Of a DNA stretch of 64,000 bases, positions 48,369 through 60,004 are shown piece after piece; positions within the stretch are counted from its first letter, which is position 1, and every line of letters starts with the position of its first letter. A model generated the notes under the pieces. That model saw only the letters and a program-made list of their open reading frames with translations. It was not told the DNA's origin and searched no databases. The stretch covers positions 16,695-80,694 of the IMG/VR virus record IMGVR_UViG_3300036715_001783; one strand, 5' to 3'. Position numbers and translations under genes: made by a program. Source of the stretch: a virus.

Positions 48369-48863
48369 TATATCTAATAAGATATGTGACTCAAAAAACG
48401 GAATTCTAATCAATTGAATTCCGTTTTTTTCTGCGTATTGTGTTTTTATTTCATCATTTTTCTGAGTACGTTTAAGTGCTTCTTCACCATGTATCGGATT
48501 ATAGTGATACTCCCCATCATACTCAATAATTAGGTTATGCTCAGGTAAATAAAAATCATATCGCAATTGTATATTATGATCGCTAATTAAATCATCAAAT
48601 CTTTGTTGTGGAATGAATTTGATGTTATTACCTGACAGGAATAATGATATTATCTTCTCCTTACTGCTTAGTGGAGTGTTACACGAAACGCATCCTTGTT
48701 TGTGTGAAGTTAAATGATAAGGTCTAATCCAAAAACTCCCATGATCAGGACAAACAATATTTACTTTGGTGCTGTTATTAACATAAACCACCTGTGAGTA
48801 ATCAAACTTGTGTCCATGAACAGCAACTGCCCTTTCAATAAACTCATCAGTTGATAATACCAT
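48318..48863 (-). CDS. free-standing endonuclease (DYS repeat + PD-(D/E)XK/Vsr-like)
   Basis: HG..FDYS, C..HG, L.YDFYLP....IEYDG..H, L.RIP. Confidence 0.75.
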   Translation of the reverse strand: MVLSTDEFIERAVAVHGHKFDYSQVVYVNNSTKVNIVCPDHGSFWIRPYHLTSHKQGCVSCNTPLSSKEKIISLFLSGNNIKFIPQQRFDDLISDHNIQLRYDFYLPEHNLIIEYDGEYHYNPIHGEEALKRTQKNDEIKTQYAEKNGIQLIRIPFFESHILLDILQRIIDKGNINTHPLF

Positions 48864-49363
48864 TGTTGATTTCCTATGATTTATAGAGTAATATAATATT
48901 ATTTATTACACACTAAAAAGGGGGAGTTTATGCATACAACCACTCGAGTATTAACAACAGATGACACCACTTGGTTATTAGAAGGGGTAAAACAAGAATT
49001 GTCACAACTACAAGAACAGGTTAATCAATTAAGAAAAGAGAACCAACAGTTGAATAATAGAGTGAATACTCTTACTAAAGCGGTTCATCACCAAACACAA
49101 GGGATGTATTAATGAGACTCCTGTCAAGTATGTTGTGGGCATCGGATAATATACAAATAGGGAATATTGGAGCCAGACACTACATCAAATTCACATTACA
49201 TACACCAAAACAAAAAGATAGTCTAGTTGATTATTATGTGGAAAGTTATCACTCTATTGAAGATATGTTAATTGAAGCTAACCATTTTATTATAACCAAT
49301 GCTAAACCCTCTTGTGTTCCAAAGTGACATCATAAATATCTGTATACTCAAAATGGATATGAT

Positions 49364-49582
49364 ATGGACTACGAGAGATTATTAGATTTGGCTGGAATTG
49401 ATGGAATTGATTCCACAAATAAAAGAGCAAATAGGTTAGCTCGTGAAATTTTAGTATCAGCTACCCCTTTGGTCGAACGAACACATGATGTGCTTCAAAA
49501 CCTTGATCCTGTTAAGGATAAGTTGATAAGGGAAACGGTTGTTAATAATTTATTAAGAGCAATCAAACAACAATTATTATAG
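49364..49582 (+). CDS. small late protein
   Basis: CATAAATA promoter; RLLDLAGI motif. Confidence 0.6.
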   Translation: MDYERLLDLAGIDGIDSTNKRANRLAREILVSATPLVERTHDVLQNLDPVKDKLIRETVVNNLLRAIKQQLL

Positions 49583-49877
49583 TATAAGGAACATACCATG
49601 ACTCAAGCAGACACAATTACCAAAATTACCAACTATTTACACAATAACAATACCCAATTGGTGGATGTGCATGTTGGAACTATGATATGTTTCATTGTTA
49701 AACATGCTGAACCATTTGTTTTGGACAGTTTACCCACATTCAACTCATCCATTAATGTAAGACACATATTACCATCCGTTAAAGAAAAATATCATTATAT
49801 TTTGGTTGATAAGGTATAGTTGATTTTGTTGTTATTATTCTCTATAATGATGTTTTACATCAATATGGAGAATAATA

Positions 49878-52067
49878 ATGATACTCACTACAGCCACCAC
49901 TGTTGTTGAACGGTCTGGTACTACCCAAGAACATGCATTTACGATTAAAGCAACTGCATCTGCCTTCCAAATTCTTTCTTCTGGTTTATATAGCGATAAG
50001 ATTCTTGCAATTATTCGAGAATTGAGTGCCAATGCATATGATTCCCATGTTGCAGCTGGTAAAAAGCATGTACCAATTGAAGTTAAACTACCAAGCACGT
50101 TTGATGCTACCTTTTATGTTAAAGATTTTGGTATTGGATTAAGCCATGAGCAAGTTATCTCATTGTATTCCACCTACTTCGACTCCACAAAACAAGATAG
50201 TAACGACTTTATTGGTGCACTTGGTTTGGGAAGTAAAAGTCCTTTTAGTTATACCACTGCATTCAATGTTGAATCAAGGTATGATGGTATTCGCCATGTG
50301 TACTCCTGTTTTATTAATGAGAATCAGTTACCGTCTATCGTAAAGTTGAGTGAAGTTGCAATGGTTCCTGGTGAAGAAAATGGAATGACTATTTCGTTGT
50401 CAGCTAAACAGGATGATTTTTCTCGTTTTGAAACAGCTGCCAAGAAAACGTATATGTATTATGACCCATTACCTGAAATAGTTGGTCGCTCCACATTTGC
50501 TCCATATTCATTATCTCACACTGTTGTTGGTTCCAATTGGAAAATTAGACACAGTGACTATTATGCGTCAATGTATGGACCACATGTGGTTCAAGGATTT
50601 ATTACATATCCAATTGATAGATCAGCAATAACAGCACAAGGGTTGTCAGTAACCGCACAAGCACTGGTAGATGTTGCAATTGACTTTACAGTTCCAATTG
50701 GACAAGTTGAGGTAGCAGCTTCAAGAGAAGCACTATCATATAGCAAACAAACCACCAGTAACATTGTAAACATATTTGAAGTTGCTGCCACAGAAATTTA
50801 TGAGTCGTTCCAAGTGGCATTTGACAAATGTTCCTCTTTGTGGGAAGTTGGGTTGTTGTTTGAAGAACTAACCACCTCTCCATCGAAAGAGTTTAACGAG
50901 TTGTTTCTTAAATTTGACAAGTCCCAACCATTTACATGGAAGGGCCATATTGTACGAGATAAGATTAGAATAGACCTATCCAACATCACCTATACAAAAA
51001 TACAACAATTTAGTGTTATTAATGGTGGTTCGAGAATATCCATGAACCGAGACTGGTTGCCTGGCAGGGGTAGTGATAGTTTTGACATTCCAATCGGTAA
51101 AAATGTGCGTGTTATGGTTGATGATACATTTGTTGCAACTCGTGAAGTGTGTCGCAAATATATCAACTCTTTTTCGGTAGGTAAGATTACATTAATTGTA
51201 ATCAAACCTATTATTAAAAAACATAAAAACCAACTAGAACTTGACCGTATATTGGAAAGTATTGGTATAGAGGAGTATGTATTAGCATCTGATTGTGTTG
51301 ATAGTGTAGATGTTAAACCTCGTTCCAAACCAATCAAACGAGAAAAAACTGAACGGTTAGTTTGGACTCCAGTTGAAACCGTTGATCGATACTATCAATA
51401 TCCAACACATGGTAAGAATCATTGGGACCTTGATAGTATTGATATTAGTGCAGGTGGATATTATGTTGCTGTTAATCGATATACTCCATATTATAACAAC
51501 CAACCATATACAGTATTTAAAGACTTAATTAAGTACAGCACTCTTATTGGTTTAATTCCAAAAGGAACTCCTATTTACGGTTTACCAATAGCAGAAGTAG
51601 CTAAACTTGGCACTGGTTCTCAATGGATCAATGTTGTGGATATGTTAAAAACACAATTTGAGCAATTCTTGCTTGATACTAATGATGGTATCAATGCCTG
51701 TTACGAGGTTACAGATTTCAAAAGCAAAATAGGAGCTACCACTCATCATGTGTTGTGTAGCTATCATGATACAAAAAGTCCTTGGACCTTTGTTGGAGAT
51801 TTTAACACCTTTTGGGATAATGTGGTCCGAATTACTAACACTGCTCAATCAATAAATCGTGATCATGTGAATAAAGTGGCTAATGTGTTCCAGATTAAAT
51901 TGAACAGTTATACCAGTACGAATTCACTATATGAACAGTGGACCAAATTAAAAGATACCTATTCAATGTTGAGTTTTGTTGAAGATGGTGGGCTTGATAC
52001 AGAAGATGATGTACAAAAACTGGTAACTTATATTAATTTGGTAGATCTCCCATCTATTGACATTTAG
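49878..52067 (+). CDS. rIIA: rIIA lysis inhibition protein
   Basis: F.ILS..LYS.K..A.IREL..NA.DSH, DFG.G, STK..SN..IG.LGLGSKSPFSY, SRE.L. Confidence 0.92.
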   Translation: MILTTATTVVERSGTTQEHAFTIKATASAFQILSSGLYSDKILAIIRELSANAYDSHVAAGKKHVPIEVKLPSTFDATFYVKDFGIGLSHEQVISLYSTYFDSTKQDSNDFIGALGLGSKSPFSYTTAFNVESRYDGIRHVYSCFINENQLPSIVKLSEVAMVPGEENGMTISLSAKQDDFSRFETAAKKTYMYYDPLPEIVGRSTFAPYSLSHTVVGSNWKIRHSDYYASMYGPHVVQGFITYPIDRSAITAQGLSVTAQALVDVAIDFTVPIGQVEVAASREALSYSKQTTSNIVNIFEVAATEIYESFQVAFDKCSSLWEVGLLFEELTTSPSKEFNELFLKFDKSQPFTWKGHIVRDKIRIDLSNITYTKIQQFSVINGGSRISMNRDWLPGRGSDSFDIPIGKNVRVMVDDTFVATREVCRKYINSFSVGKITLIVIKPIIKKHKNQLELDRILESIGIEEYVLASDCVDSVDVKPRSKPIKREKTERLVWTPVETVDRYYQYPTHGKNHWDLDSIDISAGGYYVAVNRYTPYYNNQPYTVFKDLIKYSTLIGLIPKGTPIYGLPIAEVAKLGTGSQWINVVDMLKTQFEQFLLDTNDGINACYEVTDFKSKIGATTHHVLCSYHDTKSPWTFVGDFNTFWDNVVRITNTAQSINRDHVNKVANVFQIKLNSYTSTNSLYEQWTKLKDTYSMLSFVEDGGLDTEDDVQKLVTYINLVDLPSIDI

Positions 52068-52116
52068 ATATTATCAGTATATAATAACGACTTGAAATGA
52101 CAAAAAGGAGAAAAAT

Positions 52117-53511
52117 ATGACGGACAGTAATAACTCATTCATCATTACACCTTCCGCTTTATCGGTGGTAATTGATGGTAAACCGTATGCTGTAGACAAT
52201 CAGCATCCTAATTATGAACAAATTGTGAATGCCATCAAACGGGGTGTTTGGGGAATTGTTCCTAATTTGATTAACGTTGGAAAAACCTTCCAAACATTTG
52301 CTGAAAACACAGATATTTTGGTGGATATGGCAGGTGAATCTATTTGGTACAAGGGTGAACGAGTCCATAACACTATGGTTCAACATATTTTGAGTATGAT
52401 TAAGGAAGGGTTTGATGCTACACCAATGACCAATTTCTTACAAAATATGTATGATAATGTTTCCAAGAAAGCCATTAACGAGTTGTATTCGTTCTTGGAA
52501 TATGGCAAGATGCCCATCACAGGTGATGGCTATTTTTTAGCTTACAAACGTGTAAATGTTGACTATACCAGTTGTTTTGATGGAGTTACAGAAAACAAAA
52601 TTGGTACTGTTGTTGATATGCCACGAAACCAAGTTGATGATAGAAGTCATGTAACTTGTTCTCAAGGGCTTCATATCTGCTCATTTGAGTACCTGCGACA
52701 TTATCGTGGTGCAAGAGTTATTGTGGTAAAGGTAAATCCTGCTGATGTGGTTAGTATTCCAACTGATTACAATAATACAAAAGCTCGTGTGTGTCGATAT
52801 GAAGTGGTTGGAGAATTAACATTTGAAGAAGCTGGTTTAGATTCCCACACATTCGGAAAATCTGTTATCAATGAATTTGACCAAGGGGTAACAAAACCTT
52901 ATGTGGATGAACTTATTGAACCAGTAGATATTATTCAAGTGCCTCCATTTAAAACTGATGATGGCTCATTATTCCCATCTCATTTTGAACTGGATGCTCC
53001 AGAAGAATTACAAGAAGTGATACAATCTGGTGAGTTATCTGACTGGCTACAAGAACAGATAACATCTGGAGCTGCAACCATTCTGGCAATAGATACTGGT
53101 GATGCATTTGATAGTACTTTGTCAGCATTAACAGCCTCTAACGAAGCAGAAACAGGTCTTGTTGAATTCTTAAGATATTGTATTGCTGCTGATAAAGAAG
53201 GTTCTGTAATCATGCCTAGCGATGGTAGTGATGGTGGTACTGTAAAAATTAAGTGGCCAGAATTGGATACTTCTGCCACTGATATGTTAGCTACCACGTT
53301 TCACACAAGTGTATCTAATTATTACAAGGTTGGCTATACAAATGGATATCGACATGGTAGGGATAAATTACCAGTTGCTTGTGCGTCAACCACAGTATCT
53401 GCACCCGATTTGACGGTACAGGATATTATGGATTTGAATGCTGGCTACAGTATTGGTTATGTTGATGGCAAAACCACAAAAAACGTAAATTTGAAAAAAC
53501 AAGTGAAGTAA
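52117..53511 (+). CDS. rIIB: rIIB lysis inhibition protein
   Basis: EL..FL....PIT.DG.FLAYK, MPR..VDD.....CS.GLH, VNP.DVVSIP.DY...K.R.C.Y.V. Confidence 0.92.
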   Translation: MTDSNNSFIITPSALSVVIDGKPYAVDNQHPNYEQIVNAIKRGVWGIVPNLINVGKTFQTFAENTDILVDMAGESIWYKGERVHNTMVQHILSMIKEGFDATPMTNFLQNMYDNVSKKAINELYSFLEYGKMPITGDGYFLAYKRVNVDYTSCFDGVTENKIGTVVDMPRNQVDDRSHVTCSQGLHICSFEYLRHYRGARVIVVKVNPADVVSIPTDYNNTKARVCRYEVVGELTFEEAGLDSHTFGKSVINEFDQGVTKPYVDELIEPVDIIQVPPFKTDDGSLFPSHFELDAPEELQEVIQSGELSDWLQEQITSGAATILAIDTGDAFDSTLSALTASNEAETGLVEFLRYCIAADKEGSVIMPSDGSDGGTVKIKWPELDTSATDMLATTFHTSVSNYYKVGYTNGYRHGRDKLPVACASTTVSAPDLTVQDIMDLNAGYSIGYVDGKTTKNVNLKKQVK

Positions 53512-53532
53512 CAACACTGAAATAAACCAATC

Positions 53533-53562
53533 GAATGAGGTGGCTTGATACCCACCTCATTC
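53533..53562 (+). terminator. hairpin after rIIB
   Basis: GAATGAGGTGG/CCACCTCATTC. Confidence 0.6.
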
Positions 53563-53592
53563 ACATATTATCACAACTATAAGGAACAACAC

Positions 53593-54155
53593 ATGAAAAA
53601 AATATTAAGAATTGCAACATTGTTATTAGCCATGGTGTTAGTTCCAACTGCATCATTCGCTGACAACTCAGCCATACCAGGTTGGGACAATTTAAATGAT
53701 GCACAGCAGTTGACAAACAAGAAACACACAAAGAAACACAAAAACCAATCATTAGTCCTGATAATGTGAATAGTTGGGTAGATGTTGGTAAGAATATTGG
53801 ATTGGCTTTTGGTGGTGCAGCTAAAGAATTGGGGTTGGCCGTAAATGAGTTCATTCATTCCCCAATTGGTGTATTGGCAGTGGTACTAATTGTGTGGAAT
53901 TTTATTGGAGGCGCTATATTGCATATTTTAGCGGGTTTGGTTATCCTTTTGTTTGCAGTTTGGTTCGTACGATGGCACTACGATGTTACAACCAATAAAA
54001 TAATTGTGTATGACCCAATTACAAAGAACATTTTTGGTAATAGAGTTGTTACTGGTATACAACGTGATGGTGTTGACGGTGATTGGGCAGGGATATATGT
54101 TGCTATCTATTTTATTACTGGTGCTGTATCTATCATACTGTTTGTCTCGGCCTAA
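53593..54155 (+). pseudogene. membrane protein gene, apparently frameshifted near 53710-53766
   Basis: Signal peptide in one frame; GLAFGGAAKELG..VNEF...P.G TM part in another. Confidence 0.55.
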
Positions 54156-54159
54156 TATT

Positions 54160-54780
54160 ATGAGACCGTATTCTCAGACATTAGATGGTTACCTGAAAAG
54201 AGCCTACGAAATTATGTCACAGTTGGCTAAGTATCACACTACCCCAGAAGCTGATATACTAATAAAACATATGTCTGATACATTGATCGCCATTGCTAAT
54301 AATCCAAATGGCGATCGGTACATGGAGTTCTCTGAATATAACACCAGATATGGATATGCCAACTCAATTGTTGGCATAGTCGGAGAATCAATTGTTGCAC
54401 TAAATCTGATGGGGCTGTCTGATGGCCCCATCAGAATTGCAACAACAGATATTGACCAGGATATAAATGCAACTGATATGTGGTTCATTGTTGGTAGCAC
54501 TGAACAATCAGTCCAAGTCAAATCTGTTATAATGGTGAATGAGTTGTTAACTAGACCAACTCAATATCTTAACATGAAAACAGATTGGATATCATTAATC
54601 GATATTGATGAGTATCATCACTATTTGTGTACCCCTCAAATGTTGAACCTATTGATACACAAAGGAGTAACTAATCACGAAGGGCTAAAAGAAATTGGAG
54701 CATATTGGGACAATCTGGACCTATATGGGACTCCAGCTGATAGGTTGGTTCGTAATATTAAACATAAACAAGGTGGATAG
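54160..54780 (+). CDS. hypothetical protein, weak PD-(D/E)XK-like motif
   Basis: GE...TD......VQVKS. Confidence 0.55.
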   Translation: MRPYSQTLDGYLKRAYEIMSQLAKYHTTPEADILIKHMSDTLIAIANNPNGDRYMEFSEYNTRYGYANSIVGIVGESIVALNLMGLSDGPIRIATTDIDQDINATDMWFIVGSTEQSVQVKSVIMVNELLTRPTQYLNMKTDWISLIDIDEYHHYLCTPQMLNLLIHKGVTNHEGLKEIGAYWDNLDLYGTPADRLVRNIKHKQGG

Positions 54781-54828
54781 CTGATGAAACCATTAGAATG
54801 ATTTATACAAGAAGCTGTAACATACGAG

Positions 54829-55134
54829 TTGGGTCCAATTGAAATTAAAGATGATTTGCGAAGTCATCGAACACTAACATTGGATATTTGTGGTGAACCA
54901 TTAGTCGATGCTATCTTCTTATATGGTAAAGAAGCTGCTATTAAAATGATTAGTGAGCACCTGGTTAATTTGTTTATCACCAACAATGTTGGTATTGATT
55001 GGTGTATGGCTCCAGATCAGTTGGAGGAGTTGCTCCAACCAATAAAACGAATTCCAGCCATACAAAACAAATTGCAGGAAATTCATGATTCAGAACAAGC
55101 TGTTAACAAAATTATAAGAAACTTACAATTATAG
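54829..55134 (+). CDS. hypothetical protein
   Basis: In-frame ATG 54784 lies upstream across a TGA. Confidence 0.55.
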   Translation: MGPIEIKDDLRSHRTLTLDICGEPLVDAIFLYGKEAAIKMISEHLVNLFITNNVGIDWCMAPDQLEELLQPIKRIPAIQNKLQEIHDSEQAVNKIIRNLQL

Positions 55135-55200
55135 TGTGTTGATTTGTGTTTAAAAGATGAGTAAAATATCAATTTTATCATAGTTTATAGGAGTATTAAC

Positions 55201-55506
55201 ATGAGTATTGCAGTGACAAATGACGAATTGGCAAATATCATTCGTCTATATAATAAGTCGCAAATTTTTAGTGTGACTTTCGTCAAAAGAACAACTGGCA
55301 CTACCCGTAGGATGGTTTGCAGAAAAGGTGTTCATTCATATACAACTGGTGGGTCACTTCCATATGAACCAACTAATATGGGATTGGTTGGTGTGTTTGA
55401 TTTCTTCAAACGAGCCTACCGAATGGTGAATCTGGAAGACCTAACAGAAGCAAAAATCGCAGGGAACCATTATATTGTAACTCCCCAACAAATTACCCCC
55501 AATTGA
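55201..55506 (+). CDS. conserved phage protein (SH3/WYL-like)
   Basis: FSV.F.K...G..R.M..R.GV, V.D.....YR..N. Confidence 0.65.
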   Translation: MSIAVTNDELANIIRLYNKSQIFSVTFVKRTTGTTRRMVCRKGVHSYTTGGSLPYEPTNMGLVGVFDFFKRAYRMVNLEDLTEAKIAGNHYIVTPQQITPN

Positions 55507-55565
55507 TTTACTCAATTATTTGAGTATAATACATCACATAGAGTTAATCACACAGAAGCTTTAAG

Positions 55566-55868
55566 ATGGTTTGGGAAACAGAAACTTTTGAAGGGCCAGT
55601 AGATGATTGGAAAAACCAAATCATTAGTGAAATTGGTGAACAATTTGTTTATTTCAGAGAAACGGGTGCTCAAGGATGGAGTAAATTGGTAGTTAACAAT
55701 GGTGTGCCTGACTTTGAACCATCAAGTGGCCCACACTACATTGATGTTGCACCAAGAAATGATCATCCTTTTCAATCAGCTTGTAAATTGGTTGGAACGT
55801 ACAATGTGTACACATCTGTTGGTAAATTTTTTCGTTGGGTGGTTATCAAATCTTCTCCTGTTGATTAA
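55566..55868 (+). CDS. hypothetical protein
   Basis: ORF after sigma70 promoter. Confidence 0.55.
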   Translation: MVWETETFEGPVDDWKNQIISEIGEQFVYFRETGAQGWSKLVVNNGVPDFEPSSGPHYIDVAPRNDHPFQSACKLVGTYNVYTSVGKFFRWVVIKSSPVD

Positions 55869-55930
55869 ATGATAAATTGCAGTATAATACGACTTATAGT
55901 ATTTCATTCATAAATAAAGAGTAATTCATC

Positions 55931-57109
55931 ATGATTAAATTTGACAAAACAAAATTAACAACACAAATAGTATTGTTAAAAAGTGTAACTCAAGCATTGG
56001 GTGGAGCCATCTCAGTAATTGATGAAGAAAAATCAATTGACAGAAAAGAGGTTACAATTCGTATTCCAGTTCCTCTGTCTGTTGCAAGAGCGTTTATAAT
56101 TCGTCACAAAAAAGTGACAAAGTACCTTAAACCAGTACTAACTGCTTTAGTTATGTATGAAGGACGTGTTATATCTATGGAACGCCATGCAATGGGTTCG
56201 ATGGGTGAATTGATGCATGAAGGGTTTGGTGGTGAGATGGTTATGTGGGAACCATACAGTGTTTCTAACTTAAACCAACTAATCTATCCATTAATGGCAG
56301 CCAGTAATAAAGATTGGTATATTGATGGTCGTTATGTGTATTCATTTGAAAGTTTCAACCTTGACAGGTTGGTGGATGAAGCTCCTACAATGACAGCTGA
56401 TGCACATTTTCGTAAATTATCTGTAACAGCTATTGACTTTCAAGAAATATCAAATGCAGACAAGTTGCAGCCAACTAATCGGTCATGTTTGGTGTACAAA
56501 GCAACAACAGGCGAATTCATTATTTCACCTCCAATTTGGAAAGAATTGGGTGGTGTTGGTGCTTCGAAAAGAAGCGAAGATGATGCCGCAGCACCTGTTG
56601 CGTCTTTTGATGAAATTGACGAAAATATGTGTGTCAATTTAAACTTTGCACTTACAGCAGGTAAACAAATTGGTGCTATGTTTGGGTATGAAGAAGTAGA
56701 ACCACTTCAGTTGCCACGTTTGATGATTGAGTTACATACAGTCAATCTCCCAAACATTCCGTCACAAGTGAAATCGACATATGATATTGGAATGTCATTT
56801 ACTCATACACTAGCTTGGTTGATGGGTTTATCAAGACAAGCTGATACATTGGATGCGTATATCATGATCAGATCACTTTTGAAGTATCTGACCACAAAAG
56901 GGATTTATAGATCCAACCTGTTTCAAGTAGAACAAGTATTTGTTGAAGGTACGACTTTATCGACCTTGAAAATGAAAAGTTTAGATGATTTGATGGCTGA
57001 TCCAGATATTACTGGTTCCGCAATCAGAAGCATCCTAAACAAAACCAAAAAATCATCCACCCAACAAGTTAATGTTGTTGCTGGTCTATTAACTGAAAAG
57101 GACATCTAG
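55931..57109 (+). CDS. hypothetical protein
   Basis: 392-aa ORF with promoter and downstream hairpin (57139-57167). Confidence 0.75.
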   Translation: MIKFDKTKLTTQIVLLKSVTQALGGAISVIDEEKSIDRKEVTIRIPVPLSVARAFIIRHKKVTKYLKPVLTALVMYEGRVISMERHAMGSMGELMHEGFGGEMVMWEPYSVSNLNQLIYPLMAASNKDWYIDGRYVYSFESFNLDRLVDEAPTMTADAHFRKLSVTAIDFQEISNADKLQPTNRSCLVYKATTGEFIISPPIWKELGGVGASKRSEDDAAAPVASFDEIDENMCVNLNFALTAGKQIGAMFGYEEVEPLQLPRLMIELHTVNLPNIPSQVKSTYDIGMSFTHTLAWLMGLSRQADTLDAYIMIRSLLKYLTTKGIYRSNLFQVEQVFVEGTTLSTLKMKSLDDLMADPDITGSAIRSILNKTKKSSTQQVNVVAGLLTEKDI

Positions 57110-57284
57110 ATGGTGTTGTGTACAACTAACTATCTTTAAACTTGGGGCAATGTATTCGCCCCAAGTTCGTTCCATATTGAAATCATGTATAGTGTCCATA
57201 TTAGATATATGGGCTGCATTATACATATTAAAACTTGTTGTGTATGTCGCACAACATTATATTACTACTTAAGGGAGTACTTAT

Positions 57285-57593
57285 ATGCTTACAAAATGTC
57301 GAATGTTGTTAATTGACTGGTGGAACGAATTAAAATATCGGTATAATAATACATCTGAGTTTAATTGGGAAACTGCTTTCTGGGTTGTTATGGCTCTAAT
57401 TGCTATTTGTTTTATTATTGGTGGTATTGTGGTGGCTATACTGTGGCCACTGATATTTGTTTGGGCGATCAATTACATGTTTGGAACCACCATTCCTATG
57501 ACCTTTCTTACCTGGTTGGCTGTGGTTATTATTGCCACTGTATGTAACTCACTGTTTGGTGGATCCTTATTTAAAGTAACCATCAAAAGATAA
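57285..57593 (+). CDS. membrane protein
   Basis: Hydrophobic; GGGAG RBS. Confidence 0.65.
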   Translation: MLTKCRMLLIDWWNELKYRYNNTSEFNWETAFWVVMALIAICFIIGGIVVAILWPLIFVWAINYMFGTTIPMTFLTWLAVVIIATVCNSLFGGSLFKVTIKR

Positions 57594-57738
57594 CCACTGT
57601 TACGACCAAGTAATTATTTAGAATATCGATATACTCAATGCAAAATCAATTTGTCATTGAGTATATCGCATATTTGACGTGATTTTTGATGATAATATAA
57701 GAGTATATTATCATTAAAACTTACTTATTGGAGTAAAA

Positions 57739-58200
57739 ATGGCACAACAGGTATACCTCGACCTAGAGGAAACAATTATCGATAGTTGGGATAGTGGTTT
57801 ACTTATTAACACTTCTTACATCAAAAAATGGTTAGATACAAACCATCTTGGTGATATTCATATTTGGTCATTTGCTATCTATCATGAACGAGACAAGAAA
57901 GATTTTGTATTACATTTACAAGATCGAATCTGTCGCATCTTAAAAAGACAAGTATTATCCTTTCCTTCCATGGAAGAATCTATGAAGGTTGTCAGTAAGT
58001 ATGAAAGTGTTCAGTATGATTCCAGATTCGAGTACGCTCAATTAAATGGTAAGCACTGGTCCTTCTTTAAATATTGTATGAGCCAACATGTTGGTGATCA
58101 CTGTATTCTGATTGATGACGCAGTCCCGTCTTGGACCCTAACAGACCACAAAACAGGAACAACAATTGAATTAATTAATATATTGGATATCAAATCATGA
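57739..58200 (+). CDS. HAD-like protein
   Basis: YLDLEETII, WS, LIDD. Confidence 0.55.
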   Translation: MAQQVYLDLEETIIDSWDSGLLINTSYIKKWLDTNHLGDIHIWSFAIYHERDKKDFVLHLQDRICRILKRQVLSFPSMEESMKVVSKYESVQYDSRFEYAQLNGKHWSFFKYCMSQHVGDHCILIDDAVPSWTLTDHKTGTTIELINILDIKS

Positions 58201-58390
58201 TACAATTGGAACCTGGAGATGCAGTTCATCTAACCAATTCTATTTTTAGATTGGGCATTATTAAAACTCGCATAAATGATGCGTTTTATAGGGTGGAGGA
58301 ACAATATCCAATTGCTAAATACCACCCAAGAACCATAATAGTGCCAAGGACCAATATTTTAACTGGTGATGGTTAATTATCACATATTAA

Positions 58391-58558
58391 TATTGCCCCA
58401 TTGATTAAAAATGAAAAATGTGTATAATATGTTTTGTTGATTAAGTAATTTGATTAACAAAACGCATATTTTTGTTCAACGCTTGATTTTATTGCCCCGT
58501 TGATTAAAAATGAAAAATGTGTATAATATGTCTTGTTGATTAAGTATCTTAATTAACA
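58391..58558 (+). repeat. tandem duplicated promoter (69 bp x2, 99-bp period)
   Basis: 58391-58459 versus 58490-58558, ~5 mismatches, each TTGATT-16-TATAAT. Confidence 0.85.
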
Positions 58559-58605
58559 TTAAAGATAACACATAACTATAACGTACATCGAAATAGGAAT
58601 ATATT

Positions 58606-59715
58606 ATGACCGACTCAATTCAAGTTTCAGCTGCTCCAGCAATCGTCGCACATTTAGGTATGCATAAATTATACAAAAATGCTCACGTGACTGTTGTTAA
58701 ACAGTTTGACGAAAAACATCGTCCACTTGCTGCAATTACTGTTAATGGTGAACTGCAGCACATCTTCCCACATACCAGCCGTGTGAGTCAACATTTGGAT
58801 GTAATGGATGCTGACAGTTTAGCACGTCGTCTTTCAGGTGGTTCATTTTTCTCAGTAGAAAACCAATTGGTTGACTTCAGAGATGGTTCATACAAAGGTT
58901 TCATTCACACTGATGCCAATATCCAAATGTTTATGGATTTGTTGGGGTACCAGCATAAAAATGAGCTGAACTTGGTTCACATGCAAAAAGATACAGATGA
59001 AAATGATTCACCAATTGTTCTGAGAAAAATTTGGGATAAGAACGAAATCATGGTCCCTGGTTATGCTTCTGGCGGCGAATTCAATTCTGTACTGTCTTTC
59101 ACTTGGAACCCTTATGTTAAAACTGTTAATACAGTATTTGACTTAGTCAGATTGATCTGTACAAATGGTATGGTTGGGTTAACCAACTTTGTTAACTCAA
59201 AAGTTCCATTGGAAAACAGATTCGAAGAACATTTGAACATTGCAGCCAGATTAATTCAAAACAAAGTGAATGGTATTGTTGTTGAACGTGTTGGACAGAT
59301 GGCTAAAGAACATTGTTCAGTTGCAGACCTGTTGTTATTGGAAAGTCATGCAACAGAAAGATTACAAACAACTGTTGATTCTATTGAACATGCAAAATTG
59401 TCCAATATCATCCATGCAGTATCTCCAAGTCTTCAACTGGCTGATATTTACAGACCATCTGTTTTCGAAGATAAAAACTTGGCTGCTCAATTACCAGGCC
59501 ATTTATCAGCCTTTGATGTGTTCAATGTTGCAACTGAAATGAGAACACACATTCTACCATCTACAAAAAGTTCTGATTTTGCATTGGACAAATTTGCAAA
59601 CGGTAAGTTGTTCGACAGTCAAGACAACTATAATGTTGTTGCAGGTCGTGCAAGTGCACAACAAATGGATTCATTCGAATCTTCACAACAAGCCTTCTTT
59701 GGCAACATGGCTTAA
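58606..59715 (+). CDS. DUF932-like protein
   Basis: RLICTNGM motif; FDVFN..TE...H. Confidence 0.55.
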   Translation: MTDSIQVSAAPAIVAHLGMHKLYKNAHVTVVKQFDEKHRPLAAITVNGELQHIFPHTSRVSQHLDVMDADSLARRLSGGSFFSVENQLVDFRDGSYKGFIHTDANIQMFMDLLGYQHKNELNLVHMQKDTDENDSPIVLRKIWDKNEIMVPGYASGGEFNSVLSFTWNPYVKTVNTVFDLVRLICTNGMVGLTNFVNSKVPLENRFEEHLNIAARLIQNKVNGIVVERVGQMAKEHCSVADLLLLESHATERLQTTVDSIEHAKLSNIIHAVSPSLQLADIYRPSVFEDKNLAAQLPGHLSAFDVFNVATEMRTHILPSTKSSDFALDKFANGKLFDSQDNYNVVAGRASAQQMDSFESSQQAFFGNMA

Positions 59716-59725
59716 ATAACAGAAT

Positions 59726-59754
59726 AGGTGAGAGAAGTAGTTTCTCTCACCTTT
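59726..59754 (+). terminator. intrinsic terminator
   Basis: AGGTGAGAGAA/TTCTCTCACCT + T. Confidence 0.7.
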
Positions 59755-60004
59755 CCCTTCCCTCTTGTATGAGCATACACCATAATGAGCATTACTTCCT
59801 TAATGAGCCTTTTAAATATTTTTTCAGAAGGTATTCCAGCACTAGGCACTTTACCATCAACTGTGCTCGGACCAGAAAAACGAAGAATCATCCAGAAATT
59901 AGAACTACTAATTGAGCAGATCAAAGAACTATAGGTCAATTACCCATATTGACTTTTCTCTTTTAGTATCGTATAATATCTTTTTAATTCAACTGAGATG
60001 AAAA

